DNA of 63,898 nucleotides, filler included, from Octopus bimaculoides (lineage: Eukaryota), in assembly GCF_001194135.2 (NCBI RefSeq). It is 4 parts of 4 records of this genome, joined end to end, with 100 filler letters (N's around TTAATTAATTAA, not from the genome) between each part and the next. Parts side by side here need not be neighbours in the genome. Positions count along the whole stretch, not along the records: positions 15,802 to 41,345 come from NC_068996.1; 3 more parts are not named here. One strand, given 5' to 3'. The stretch's first letter is position 1. The number at the start of each line of letters is the position of its first letter. Below, piece after piece: positions 26,275 through 38,472 of this stretch. Under the pieces are notes generated by a model. That model did no database searches. It had not been told where the DNA came from and saw only the letters and a program-made list of their open reading frames with translations. The translations under genes were made by a program, and so were the position numbers.

Positions 26275-26443
26275 AGGTACCATGGGCTTCTTTCAGTTTC
26301 CATCCGCCATATCTACTCACAACACTTTGGTCAGCCCAGGGCTATTGTTGAATACACTTGCCAATGGTGCCACACAATGGGAGACTGAACTCAAGACCAT
26401 AAGGTTGGGAAGTTAACTCCTTAACCACAGTCACATATGTGCC

Positions 26444-26445
<2 letters not shown>
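26275..26445 (-). mobile_element. SINE family A head module
   Basis: reverse complement of ggctgtggttaagg..gagttcagtctccc..gaaactgaaagaagccc. Confidence 0.7.
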
Positions 26446-26501
<56 letters not shown>

Positions 26502-26604
26502 TGTGTGTGTACATCCAAGAGGGTGTATTTTTATTAATGTGTATGAGTTTATATGTATATGAGTATACACACACACACACACTCGCGTGTGTGTGTGTAT
26601 GTGA

Positions 26605-26910
26605 GGGGGTATGGCCTAATGGTTAGGGTGTTGCACTCACAATCACTAGATCATGATTTCAATTCCTAGACTAGGTTGTGCATTGTGTTCTTGAGCAAAA
26701 CCCTTCATCTCACGTTGCTCTGCAATCACTTTAACACCTGACGCATGGCACACCTGTGTGCACCTGTTCAAACATCATCGATTTGATGGAGAGAGTAAGC
26801 TTATGTACAACACACACATTTGATCTCTTATAAACAAATCATTCGTGCAGGTCGTTCGGCAAAAAGCTGAATGCTCATAAGTCATCTTCAACGGGAAAGT
26901 CCATCATACA
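26605..26910 (+). mobile_element. tRNA-derived SINE family C
   Basis: A box tggcctaatggttagg, B box gatttcaattcc, body ttcttgagcaaaac; related heads at 29280 and 46377. Confidence 0.65.
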
Positions 26911-27013
26911 TGCATATACATATGTATATCTATGTGAGGTTATGCATATATATATATATATTTAAAAGAAATGTAAAAAATACATTATAGAGGATATATT
27001 ATAAACAATTACA

Positions 27014-27248
27014 ATTAAACCTTGGGAGAGGCATTATGCCGGTAATAAACACATGCACTGGTTCAGTCCTTTATTAATTTATATAGTTTTTTGTTAAATT
27101 ATTTCCATAAATGGAAGTGGAGAGACAAGTTACTGAAGAGATTGCAAGAGTGCAATGAAATAATTTAACAACAAACTATATAAATTAATAAAGGACTGAA
27201 CCAGTGTGTGTGTTTATTACCGGCATAATGCCTCTCCCAAGGTTTAAT
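27014..27248. repeat. fold-back element 1 (92-bp arms, 51-bp spacer)
   Basis: 27014-27105 is the near-perfect reverse complement of 27157-27248. Confidence 0.95.
27129..27169 (+). ncRNA. minimal type-I hammerhead ribozyme motif
   Basis: stem I GUUA/UAAC; core CUGAAGA plus extra G; stem II AUUGCA-AGAG-UGCAAU; GAAA; vestigial stem III AU-A-AU; predicted site AUU at 27165. Confidence 0.6.
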
Positions 27249-27319
27249 GGTATTTCTTTCAACACACGTATCCACATCAAGAATCTTGCACACGAAATAC
27301 ACATACGAAATTATAAACA

Positions 27320-27545
27320 ATTAATAATCACATATTTGTTTTGCAAGATTTTTGATGTGAAATCGTTTGTTGAAACAGATGTTGTTGTACTTGGGGATGG
27401 TCATATTGCCAGTTTAGCCAATAAAAACGCACTGTATATTTGGTGTTAATTTGCTTCAGCTTTATATTACATTATATTACATTAATCCTATTTCGGCCAG
27501 AGTTCTTTCTTCACACTTCTGTGACCTCATCAGTGGTCCTTTGCT
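27320..27545 (-). mobile_element. PLE-like 5' module (partial hammerhead core plus ORF start)
   Basis: CUGAUGA-GGUC...GGCC-GAAA at 27533-27491, stems I and III not formable; ATG 27404 MTIPKYNNICFNKRFHIKNLAKQI. Confidence 0.5.
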
Positions 27546-28309
27546 TTCTTCTTTCTTATGTGTGTCTCACCTTGCTAACTATTAATAATCATTTATGAAT
27601 ATATCAATGGCCAAACATGTTATCATAAATTACAGAGAATATATTGTTACATTTTTTTGTCTGTATATCTCCTTATAGATTTATATACCAATGGAAAATG
27701 CATCATCTTTATGTTTTTATCTGGAGTACAGTTAATGTTTTGCAGTTATGTATATGGGGTCCTGGTTTGGAAGTTCCACAGTTTCAAAGAATGTGGTGCC
27801 ACCACTTAGATGTTATTGATCCCAGCTCTACTCTGACAGAGTCGTAACACCTATCAGAGTTCCAACTCCAGGTTAGTTAGCATGTTATGGAAGAAACTTC
27901 AAACACAGACCTTCACTGCCTTGTGGGTGTCAAGGGAAAATACGAGGGTAGGTGAGTCAGCCCTAACAGGAGATAAAGGAATGATGTTCCTCAGGTGGTC
28001 TGGTACCCTTTTCGCATTTCCAGGATAGGTGGAGCTCTCCAGTCCAATAAGGCAACTCACCTTCAAGAAGGCCACTCCAATGTAAAGCCTACAGTTTGCT
28101 GGTCACTGAGGTGCCCCTTAGTAACATAGTCTCCTCAATGCTAACCTTCCCATAATACCCAGCTTAAACTTTCTTAATGGAAACCTAACAATTCCTACAG
28201 AAATTCAACTGCAGCCTCACCCATTATCTGTGACCAACTGATTTATCTACAAACATTATTTTATAAATTCTAAAACAGTGATCCCCAAACCTATACTTTT
28301 ATATCTATG

Positions 28310-28565
28310 TTTGTGTCTTTCTGTCTGTTTGTCCCCTACCACCACTTGACAACCGGTGTTGGTGTGTTTACATCCCCATAACTTACTGGTTCACAAAAAA
28401 GAGACCAATAGAATAAATGCCAGGCTTAGCAAAAGAATTAAGCACTGGAGTCGATTCATTCAACTAAAAGTTCATCGAGGTGGTGCCCCAGCATGGCCGC
28501 AGACTGAAACAAATGAGGTGGTGCCCCAGCATGGCCACAGACTGAAACAAATAAAAGATGAAAGA
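28310..28565 (+). mobile_element. SINE family A 3' module with a 37-bp tandem duplication
   Basis: gaggtggtgccccagcatggcc(g/a)cagactgaaacaaat occurs twice. Confidence 0.7.
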
Positions 28566-28609
28566 ATATATATACAATGCATATGTAATACATTTATTTT
28601 TTCATTTTA

Positions 28610-28805
28610 TTTTTTCTTTTACTTGTTTCAGTCATTAGACTGTGGCAATGCTGGAGCACAATCTTAAGCAAATTGATGCCAGTATTTTTTTGAAGGCTGG
28701 TACTTATCACATCGGTCACTTCTGCCAAACTGCTAAGTTACAGTGATATAAGCATACCAACACCAGTTAACAAACAATTGTGGGTGACAAACAGAGACAC
28801 AAAGA
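28610..28805 (-). mobile_element. SINE family A 3' module
   Basis: reverse-complement homology to 15030-15250. Confidence 0.65.
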
Positions 28806-29079
28806 TATAGATATATATAAGTGGTTACATAATCAGGGGCCTGTACGGCTGGAGGACTATGTGGTGTGGAAACAATTGTAGTAATTAAATGTCCAACCAT
28901 ATTCCTTGTTGACTCCAGTTTTTTCAATTACCTATTCACACATGACAGATGCCCAAACACAAACCTGGAAGCACATATAATACTGGATAGAACAGGGTGA
29001 AATCTAAAGGTGGACAAGCTTTATACTGTACATTACTACGTTCTTCACAGAATATAACATAACATATACGTATAAATAT

Positions 29080-29250
29080 ATATATACGACAGGCTTCTTT
29101 CAGTTTCCATCTACCAAATCCATTCACATGGCTTTGGTCGACCCTATTGTTGAAGGTATTTGCTCAAGGTGCCATGTAGTGGGATTGAACCTGGAGCCAT
29201 GTGATTTAGGAAGTAAACTCTTTACCACATAGCCTCACCTATGCCTATAT
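29080..29250 (-). mobile_element. SINE family A head module
   Basis: reverse complement of ggctatgtggtaaag..ggttcaatcccactacatggcaccttgagcaa. Confidence 0.75.
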
Positions 29251-29279
29251 TCTATATATAATGCATATATATATAAAGG

Positions 29280-29530
29280 TCTTTGATCTAGTGATTAGGG
29301 CACAACTACAAAATCAGGGTTTCAGTTCCCAGAATGGCAATGCATTGAGTTCTAGATTAAAGCACTTTTTTCTATGTGGTTCCAGTCCACTCAACTGCAA
29401 ATGGGTCACCCTGTGATAGATCTGGCCTGCCCACCTAGCCTGCAGTGGGTAGCATCATTCAAAAGCTACAACAATGCAATGAAGCGCATTGTGACCAGTG
29501 GTGTGTAACAACATCCGACATTCTGCTCGA
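29280..29530 (+). mobile_element. SINE family C-like copy
   Basis: tctagtgattagggc A-box-like, ggtttcagttccc B-box-like. Confidence 0.45.
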
Positions 29531-30088
29531 TACAGTAAAACAGCTGATATTGCATACATGATACATAAATAAATGTGTAAAAAACCCAGCAGGCTGTTTA
29601 TAGTCAATAAAACAAAAAAAATATTTTGAAATGCATTCTTTCTTTGTATCCTGGTACTGGTCTGCAGATCAACAATTTGGAACCCCCACTTTAAAACACA
29701 ACAAAAAATAACTTCCTACACAAAGAAATGCCATGACCTGAATTACAAACATCTGTTTACATTTTTGATTCCATACCTAAATAGAACATAAACAGAAACA
29801 AAATTGTAAGAATTCATAAACTTTGAGAGAATGTTAAATAATTCTTTGTGCAAACATTCTAACTCAAAGCTATACATGATAACATGAAAATATTCAGTCA
29901 ACCATCTCTTTGGATAGGAAAAGTCAAAAGCTACCCATGGCACATAAGATTTATTTGCTTCAAGATACACTATTCCAAAAATAAGAATTATTTCACCTTA
30001 TCTTAAAATTTTATAAACTCTTGTAACATCAACATACAATTCTTGTAAGAGTAAAGTTTGTAAAAAGGAGAGAGACATTTGAAGGATT

Positions 30089-30158
30089 GACTTTGGTCCA
30101 ATGGTAGGATGTCTATCATGTTTACAGAAGATGTGGGTTCAAATCCTATAGACAGCCT
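30089..30158 (+). pseudogene. tRNA-like sequence (tRNA pseudogene or SINE head)
   Basis: A box TGGTCCAATGG (30094-30104), B box GGTTCAAATCC (30136-30146); cloverleaf stems degenerate, anticodon not assignable. Confidence 0.45.
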
Positions 30159-30291
30159 TTGGCTTTTTCTGTCCAAAAATATTTTCCAACCAAATATTTT
30201 CAAACTATTATTTATAACATTATATGCTTCGAGATCCGCCATTCCAAAAAAGAATAATTGATATATATATATCCTCAGACACTATGCCTGA

Positions 30292-30329
<38 letters not shown>

Positions 30330-30330
<1 letters not shown>

Positions 30331-30945
30331 ACCCTCCCCATGTGAACTGTATCATTATTACTATCCTGTTTCTGCTCTCTTTTTGCATACCTCTAACTCC
30401 TAAATTTCAGGCCTTATTTGCAATCCCCACTCCTGCATCCACCCTTCATCCCTACCCAGTCCTTACAGATGTTGCCTCTCACATATCTCTCTTCACACAC
30501 CCTTCCCCCGCACTCACACTTTCTGTCTCCACTCGCTTGTAGTCACCTTGTATTCTGAGGTGCCACAAGAATACCTTATCTCTGCTGTGTATCTCGTTGT
30601 AGCTATGACTGATTCTATTTCTTTCTCCTAAATGTGAATAGCCATATAGTTTTGCTACAACAACAACAGCTTGCTCTGCCCCCCCCCCTTCTTTCATACT
30701 TTAACCCTCATCTTCTAGCATTAAGACCCTCCCACTAAGGTTGCTTAGGCTTGCAATGTGCACGGCAAACTCACTGGTGCTAATGGCATGAAAAAAGTAC
30801 CTGGTATACACTGTATGTTAGGAAGGGTATCCAGTTGTAAAAGCCATATATCAAAGCAGAGACTGGTGCTTAGCACAATACTTCAACTCATTAGATCTTG
30901 TCAAACCATCCAACCTATGCCAGCAGTGAACATGGATATTAAATA

Positions 30946-30980
<35 letters not shown>

Positions 30981-30990
30981 AACGATGATG
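30330..30990 (+). mobile_element. RTE-tail repeat (RTE 3' UTR-derived) ending in (GAT)n
   Basis: ctaaatgtgaatagccat shared with ~39410; tail gtcaaaccatccaacctatgccagca..gatgatgat homologous to 24850-24960 (minus strand). Confidence 0.6.
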
Positions 30991-32377
30991 CATGTGTGTG
31001 TGTAATATGGATATAGATAGATAGATAGATAGATACAAATTTAGTAAATGGAGTAAAACGCATATGTTAAATGAATTCTTTTATTTTCAACATATGTTTC
31101 GAACATTACAAATTGTACCTTCCAAAGGAATAGGTGATGTTGATAAGGATATAATCTTCTCTTCAGGGAAATACATAGGAACCAGCTTAACCGTAAGACA
31201 TTTTAACCGAATGTAATAACTGTGGGTAGAGAAGATTGCTACGTATCTTATTTGAAAAAACAAGGAGTTTCTACCTCATAAACAAGAGTTACATCACAGT
31301 CATTTTGTGATCTTTAATACCCTGGTATCTATTAACCAATTTATTTTGTTGGAGTTAATAATCAACTTAGAGAAAATAAATACATATAACAAAATATAAA
31401 TTCAAAAAGGGATAAAACTCTTTTACAAGAATTTTATCAAGAAGCCAGTGTGTAAAAAAATTCATAAGGGAAATTTCTATTCCCAAGAATATAATTATTC
31501 GTTTATATATATATTCATTTGAAATGCAGAGACGCCTATAATAGGACATCTACTCGCTAGAAATAGCAGCAAAAATACTACATACCACAAAAGTTAGGGA
31601 TAATTTCGAAAGGAAATGAAAAATAAAAACTTTTACCAATCTATATTCTGTACCATAGTTTCAAGTCAATTTTAGTAAGATAAAGATTATATCTTACAAG
31701 GTCGGACTATCGTCAGCAGAAATGACCAGACAACATATAAAGCACGAATCAGTACGCAGCATGGTTCGTGTTCCTATGTCTAATTTTTCAAAATATACCG
31801 CGTATTTACGGTTTNNNNNNNNNNNNNNNNNNNNNNNNNNNNNNNNNNNNNNNNNNNNNNNNNNNNNNNNNNNNNNNNNNNNNNNNNNNNNNNNNNNNNN
31901 NNNNNNNNNNNNNNNNNNNNNNNNNNNNNNNNNNNNNNNNNNNNNNNNNNNNNNNNNNNNNNNNNNNNNNNNNNNNNNNNNNNNNNNNNNNNNNNNNNNN
32001 NNNNNNNNNNNNNNNNNNNNNNNNNNNNNNNNNNNNNNNNNNNNNNNNNNNNNNNNNNNNNNNNNNNNNNNNNNNNNNNNNNNNNNNNNNNNNNNNNNNN
32101 NNNNNNNNNNNNNNNNNNNNNNNNNNNNNNNNNNNNNNNNNNNNNNNNNNNNNNNNNNNNNNNNNNNNNNNNNNNNNNNNNNNNNNNNNNNNNNNNNNNN
32201 NNNNNNNNNNNNNNNNNNNNNNNNNNNNNNNNNNNNNNNNNNNNNNNNNNNNNNNNNNNNNNNNNNNNNNNNNNNNNNNNNNNNNNNNNNNNNNNNNNNN
32301 NNNNNNNNNNNNNNNNNNNNNNNNNNNNNNNNNNNNNNNNNNNNNNNNNNNNNNNNNNNNNNNNNNNNNNNNNNNNN

Positions 32378-32415
<38 letters not shown>

Positions 32416-32422
<7 letters not shown>

Positions 32423-32784
32423 TGATGTCCAGTTAAATGAAGGAAAGAAAATGGAGTGTTAAGATAATAATAATTGTTATTAAAAAAATTGTTAATCTTT
32501 AGTTCTTACAGCTGTTTCCATTAGTGCTCAATAGGTAAATTACATATTTATGCTTTAAATTTGCATTTATATGTTATGAGATAATTTCATCAGAGCAAGA
32601 TATACATTAAGGTATACTCATAACATATAAATACAAATTTAAAGCATAAATTTGTAATTTACCTATTGAGCACTAATGGAAACAGCTGTAAGAAGTAAAG
32701 ATTACCAACATTTTAATAATAAATAACTATTATTATCATAACTTTCCATTTTCTTTCCTTCAATTAACTGGACATAAACTTTAT
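32416..32784. repeat. fold-back element 2 (~165-bp arms, 36-bp spacer)
   Basis: 32416-32580 is the reverse complement of 32617-32784; both arms carry gaaacagctgtaag. Confidence 0.95.
32502..32600 (-). ncRNA. type-I hammerhead motif with an enlarged stem II
   Basis: CUGAUGA at 32593-32587; ~70-nt stem II with AUUA/UAAU, CUCA/UGAG, ACAUAU/AUAUGU and AUGC/GCAU helices; GAAAC-AGCU-GUA (palindromic ACAGCUGU); stem I weak (CU/AG). Confidence 0.55.
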
Positions 32785-33069
32785 TCTTAATACATTCCTA
32801 TTGATTTAAAGAAATTTCATTTCCCAAAATTACTCGGTATAAAGCCAGTATTTATTTGGATGCAACCATCTCTTTACGAGGTTAACTTATCCTCTAATCA
32901 ACTTATATGTATATATACATACACATGCACACACACATATATACACACATACATATATACATATATACACACAAACAAATATATTTACATACATATACAG
33001 GCAACTGCATATATTCATTCATACATACACACGCATATACGTACACACAAACATGTGTGTATACATGTA

Positions 33070-33106
<37 letters not shown>

Positions 33107-33444
33107 GTATGTGTGTGTGTGTATACATTATATGTGTGTGTATAGGAGTATGTTGTGTGTGTGTGTGTGTGTGTGCATACACACACATATAAATGTACTT
33201 TAAAAGAAAATAAAGAGATCTCAAGAATTTGAAACTTGATAACTCTCAGAGTTTCATATCCATATTTATGTGTTAATAGCTATTTAGACTGGCTAAGTTG
33301 ATATCCCATTCAAGATATTTAAGAACAGGATTGAATTGGAAATTATAGCACACATGTGTTTGCAAAATAGGTTAATACAGAAAACCTACAGCAACGTGAA
33401 AGAAATTCAAAAATCCCTTAACGAAATTAAAATTTGAGTATAGG

Positions 33445-33635
33445 CACAGGTGTGGCTGTATGGTAAGAAGTAAGCTTCTTAGAATACAGTGACACTATAT
33501 TCACAACTACATGGTTTCAGGTTCAGTTCCACTGCATGGTACCTTATGCAAGTATCTTCTACAACAGCCCCAGGCAAATCAAAACATTACCAGAGGATTT
33601 GGTTGATGGAAACTGAAAGAGGCCTGTCATATATA
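33445..33635 (+). mobile_element. SINE family A head module
   Basis: ggtgtggctgtatggtaagaag..ggttcagttccactgcatggtacc..ggaaactgaaagaggcc. Confidence 0.75.
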
Positions 33636-34799
33636 TATCTAAATCTATCTAGCAATCTATATATATATATATATATATATATACATGCACGCATATAGTA
33701 TATATATATAATATACAATTAGAAGAAAATATATATATATATATATACATATGTATATATATATACATATGTATATATATATANNNNNNNNNNNNNNNNN
33801 NNNNNNNNNNNNNNNNNNNNNNNNNNNNNNNNNNNNNNNNNNNNNNNNNNNNNNNNNNNNNNNNNNNNNNNNNNNNNNNNNNNNNNNNNNNNNNNNNNNN
33901 NNNNNNNNNNNNNNNNNNNNNNNNNNNNNNNNNNNNNNNNNNNNNNNNNNNNNNNNNNNNNNNNNNNNNNNNNNNNNNNNNNNNNNNNNNNNNNNNNNNN
34001 NNNNNNNNNNNNNNNNNNNNNNNNNNNNNNNNNNNNNNNNNNNNNNNNNNNNNNNNNNNNNNNNNNNNNNNNNNNNNNNNNNNNNNNNNNNNNNNNNNNN
34101 NNNNNNNNNNNNNNNNNNNNNNNNNNNNNNNNNNNNNNNNNNNNNNNNNNNNNNNNNNNNNNNNNNNNNNNNNNNNNNNNNNNNNNNNNNNNNNNNNNNN
34201 NNNNNNNNNNNNNNNNNNNNNNNNNNNNNNNNNNNNNNNNNNNNNNNNNNNNNNNNNNNNNNNNNNNNNNNNNNNNNNNNNNNNNNNNNNNNNNNNNNNN
34301 NNNNNNNNNNNNNNNNNNNNNNNNNNNNNNNNNNNNNNNNNNNNNNNNNNNNNNNNNNNNNNNNNNNNNNNNNNNNNNNNNNNNNNNNNNNNNNNNNNNN
34401 NNNNNNNNNNNNNNNNNNNNNNNNNNNNNNNNNNNNNNNNNNNNNNNNNNNNNNNNNNNNNNNNNNNNNNNNNNNNNNNNNNNNNNNNNNNNNNNNNNNN
34501 NNNNNNNNNNNNNNNNNNNNNNNTATATATACAGTATATAATTGAAAGGAAAAAAAAGGATAAAAAAGATATCCTGGCAGATATAGATAAAGCATTCAGT
34601 ATTAAAAGAATTTGGTTAAACGTTCAGCAATCAGATACCAATAAATGTAATTAGAATACATATCCCAGGTAAATCCTCATGCATGACAGGTAAATCCAAA
34701 TATCCTTTGGTAGAATTTCGAGAAATTTAGAGTATTTATCAACAAAAAATACGTATAGATAAAATTATATCTATATTATAGATCTTCCCTATGAGGAAG

Positions 34800-36900
34800 A
34801 CTCAAGCCATATCCAACATGAATTTCCTTAAAGCAAAATGGTAATCAATTTGCAAAGAGATCCACAAACAAAACTGATCCAACAGTTTATGTATGTAAGA
34901 CTGACTGAGTCAGCTTATGTCAACAGTGCAAGTTGTATGCACTAAACACACCCCAGAAAGAAAAGCCAGCATACCAACAAACAAGATTCCCAGGAACAGC
35001 AAAAATTCTTATGAGAAGCACATCAAAGGTCTCAAACTAGTTGAATAGACAAATGGAGGATAGGAAGAAGTCTATTTTAATACAGACACTCCTAGAAATC
35101 ATACTCTCTCATGAAAAGTAAAGAGAAGAGAGAATAGATCTGTTGAAAGCATAAAAACAAACCCTAAAGCTTTCTATAAATTTGAAAAGAAACAGCCACA
35201 ATACAGTTTAAAATAAGACCATTGTTCCAAGGGAATAACTCACTAACTGCAGACCCAGAGAGGATAAGTGAGATATTCAGTGAACAATTTAAAAATGTCT
35301 TCACTTCCTTCATTGGACACATGCAAATGAAAAACCCAGCTGAATTCTTTGATATTGCAGCTCTAAAAAAGGAGGTACCAACCATCAATTACATCAACGT
35401 TGAAGAGACAGATGTAACAGTGGCCATAGAGGAAATGAGTTCAAGCTCAGCAACTGGTCCCGGTGGCTTCTGAGCAACTCTCCTCAAGTCATGTAAACAG
35501 GCTTTAGCGAAACCATTTCAGATACATTTCCAGTTTCCTTACAAGTGGTAAACTTCCTAAAAAGCTAAAAGGAGGCATTATATGCCCTATCCACAAAGGT
35601 GGAAGCAGAATAGAGGCCAAAAACCACAAGCCACTCTCTCTGACATATCAGTTAATTCATGGAGTGAATCATCAGAAAGAAGTTAATAATGTGCCTAGAA
35701 GAAAATGACCTACTGAACAATACACAGCATAGCTTTCATCCAGGAAGAAGCTACCTCACACAGCTGTTGCAGCACTATGACTGGGTTTTGAAACAACTGC
35801 TTGTGGGATATACCTTGACTTTGCAAAAGCATGTCATAAGCTACAAAACCTTGGCATTGCTGGTAAACTGGGAGAGTGGCTGCATGACTTCCTTAAAGGC
35901 AGTTGCAGCCAACGGTACCTTTTCTGAGGAAACTCAAATCTTAAGTGGTGTCCTCCAGGGAAATGTTCTGGGGTTATTATTGTTCATAATATCCCTCTTA
36001 GATATGCCCATGGTCACTGAGACAGCCACTGTCACTGTCACTAGCTACGCCGATGATACAAAATTATCACAGGCAATAAAAAATGAAGATGATGTGACAA
36101 GCTTACAAGTGGAACTTGAATGCAAATTTCAAGTGGGTCAGAATAAACAACATGCAGTTTAATGCTGGAAAATTTCAATCATTGCACTATCAACTCAGCC
36201 ATCATATGCAGGATGCAAAGTCACTGCAATGCCAGAGTCACAAACAGTGAAAGACTTGGGGATCAGTATGTGCAAGGATGCATGATTTCATATGCACATA
36301 AGCAAGATGGCGGAAAAGTGCAGATAACTGGCAGGATGGATACTGAGATCCTTCAAGACAAGAGACCAAGAAGAGACCCTATGGAGAACCTTTGTTCTCA
36401 GCTGCCTGGATTACTGCTCCCAATTATGGTTACCACACAGTGCCAAACTAACAGCAGAGCTTGAAGCAGCCCAACACCACTGTACTAAAAAGATTGAAAC
36501 AGTGCAGTGGATGAGCTACAGGAGGAGGCTGGAAAAACTGCAGCTTTACTCCCAGGAGCAAAGATGCAACAGGTATATAATAATCTACATATGGAAAATC
36601 TAAAAGGGCTACTATCTAATTTCAGCATTGAGTGTTATACAAATACTTGAACTGGACGCCATTGTATTGTACCAAAGGTACCATCCACTCCATCTAAATT
36701 CAGGACTAGATATTGCAATAGTCTAGGGTCCAAAGGCCCACAGCTCTTCAATGCCCTGCCATAAAAATTAAGAAATCTGCATAAGGTGGAAGTAGATATC
36801 TTCAAAAATAAACTAGAAATCTTCCTCTCCACAATACTGGATCAACCTGACATGAGGCACAGACCAGGGCAGCAGGATCAAACTCCCTTATACACTAAAT
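34800..36900 (+). mobile_element. CR1-clade LINE, RT region, decayed
   Basis: IKTNPKAFY; TQHSFHPGRSYLTQLLQHY; SGVLQGNVLGLLLF; YADDTKL; VKDLG; GPQLFNALP..KLEIFLSTILDQP. Confidence 0.9.
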
Positions 36901-37114
36901 GAGCCAACAGCTGGGGAAAAAGGCACATACAGGAATGGTGATGTGAAACACCCCATACCAAGGAAATCAGCAAAACCATGGTGGTGTTCCAGCATGACCA
37001 CGGCCACATGGTTGAAACAAGAAAAAGAATAAAAGAATAAAGAATAATTGTTTCTATTGCATTAACCACATATATATATTTTTTTATACACACACACACA
37101 AACATATATGTACA

Positions 37115-37430
37115 TATACCTCACCCCTACACATCCCACTTCCACATACCCCACCCGTACCCCCACATCCTCATCCCAAACGCACACCCCACCCTCACAT
37201 CCCCACACCCACCACACCCTCACATCCCCACACTCTAACACTGCCACACCACACACCACCACACTACATGCCACACCATGCCACCCCACATGCACACACT
37301 AGCATTGACCACTTCCCAGCACCCACACCACCATCAACACACTCACACATTACAGGCGCACACATTCACATGTCAAATTCACCAGCCCCTATCCACATGC
37401 ACACACACACTCACATACATATGCACGTGC
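37115..37430. repeat. CA/CCA-rich low-complexity tract
   Basis: degenerate cacaccc/ccacac repeats. Confidence 0.8.
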
Positions 37431-37592
37431 ACCTTTGTTTTGGAATTACCAATACCTTTTTATCTCCCCTTCTTCCTAGCTCTCTTGTCTAACTACCTTT
37501 GTCCAGCCAGCTGCCATGATTCACTGCTAGCTCCTTAGTTTTTTTTATTCTCTCTGTTTATTTCCTGTTATTTTTGCTGTTTTTTTAACAAA

Positions 37593-37629
<37 letters not shown>

Positions 37630-37735
37630 CAAGTAGAAAGATAAATTTTATTCAACACATTCATACTGAACAGTTTGGATATAAAGGATAAAATCCATTT
37701 TTCTTTTTAAAAGCAGCCATCCATATGTGTATATA

Positions 37736-37771
<36 letters not shown>

Positions 37772-37836
37772 GTGCAATTATGTGGATAAGTGAATTAGAC
37801 ATTAAATATAACAGTTTAGGTATGAAATACAAAATG

Positions 37837-38042
37837 TGCAGAGTACTATTGTACATTTTATAAACTACTGTGGGTATGGAAGACTAGCTCATCAGATCAA
37901 CAGAATATGATAGTTACATCAATTTTTCAACTTCCATGGTTACATCAATTGAAAAATTGATGTAACTATGATATTCTGTTGATCTGATGAGCTAGTCTTC
38001 CATACCCACAGTAGTTTATAAAATGTACAATAGTACTCTGCA
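37837..38042. repeat. fold-back element 3 (94-bp arms, 18-bp spacer)
   Basis: 37837-37930 is the reverse complement of 37949-38042; arms contain ctgatgagctag but no downstream GAAA. Confidence 0.95.
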
Positions 38043-38234
38043 TGTTTATAATATATAAAATCTCTTTGCAAATTTGATATGCAAAAAAGTGGATAACTCT
38101 CAATGCCAAAAAACTGTTATTGTATCTTTTCGTAAACTGTCCACTTTTTGTTCTCTCTATTGACCACCTACAGCTTGAAGCTTATAAACGTCCTACACTC
38201 GGACCCCCACATCCTATTTATACAGTGATATAGA

Positions 38235-38266
<32 letters not shown>

Positions 38267-38348
38267 ATCAATTGCAGCGTGGAAGGTGTTTATAAGCCAT
38301 TTAAAAACACACAAAAACCATTAGATTCACTTCAATATTTAGATTTAA

Positions 38349-38399
38349 TTTGTCAAAATGTTTTCATTGCTTTGAGACCGCGACCTGTTCACTGACAAA
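38349..38399 (-). ncRNA. mirror copy of the G3-C8 hammerhead motif on the opposite strand
   Basis: UUUGUCA-GUGAACA-G-GUCGC...GCAAU-GAAAACAUUU-UGACAAA; stem II weakened by two substitutions. Confidence 0.5.
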
Positions 38400-38421
38400 A
38401 TTCCATTTCTCATCACGGAAT

Positions 38422-38472
38422 TTTGTCAGTGAACAGGTCGCGGTCTCAAAGCGACGAAAATATTTTGGCAAA
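38422..38472 (+). ncRNA. minimal type-I hammerhead motif, G3-C8 core variant
   Basis: stem I UUUGUCA/UGGCAAA; core GUGAACA plus G; stem II GUCGC-9nt-GCGAC; GAAA; palindromic stem III AAUAUU; position 17 = U38465. Confidence 0.65.

Noticed and set aside
31722-34595. Long ORFs of 220-380 aa in the track (also 46528-47706, 53691-54649, 57806-58994)
   Set aside because: They are open only because they run through N gaps and (TA)n/(CA)n repeats
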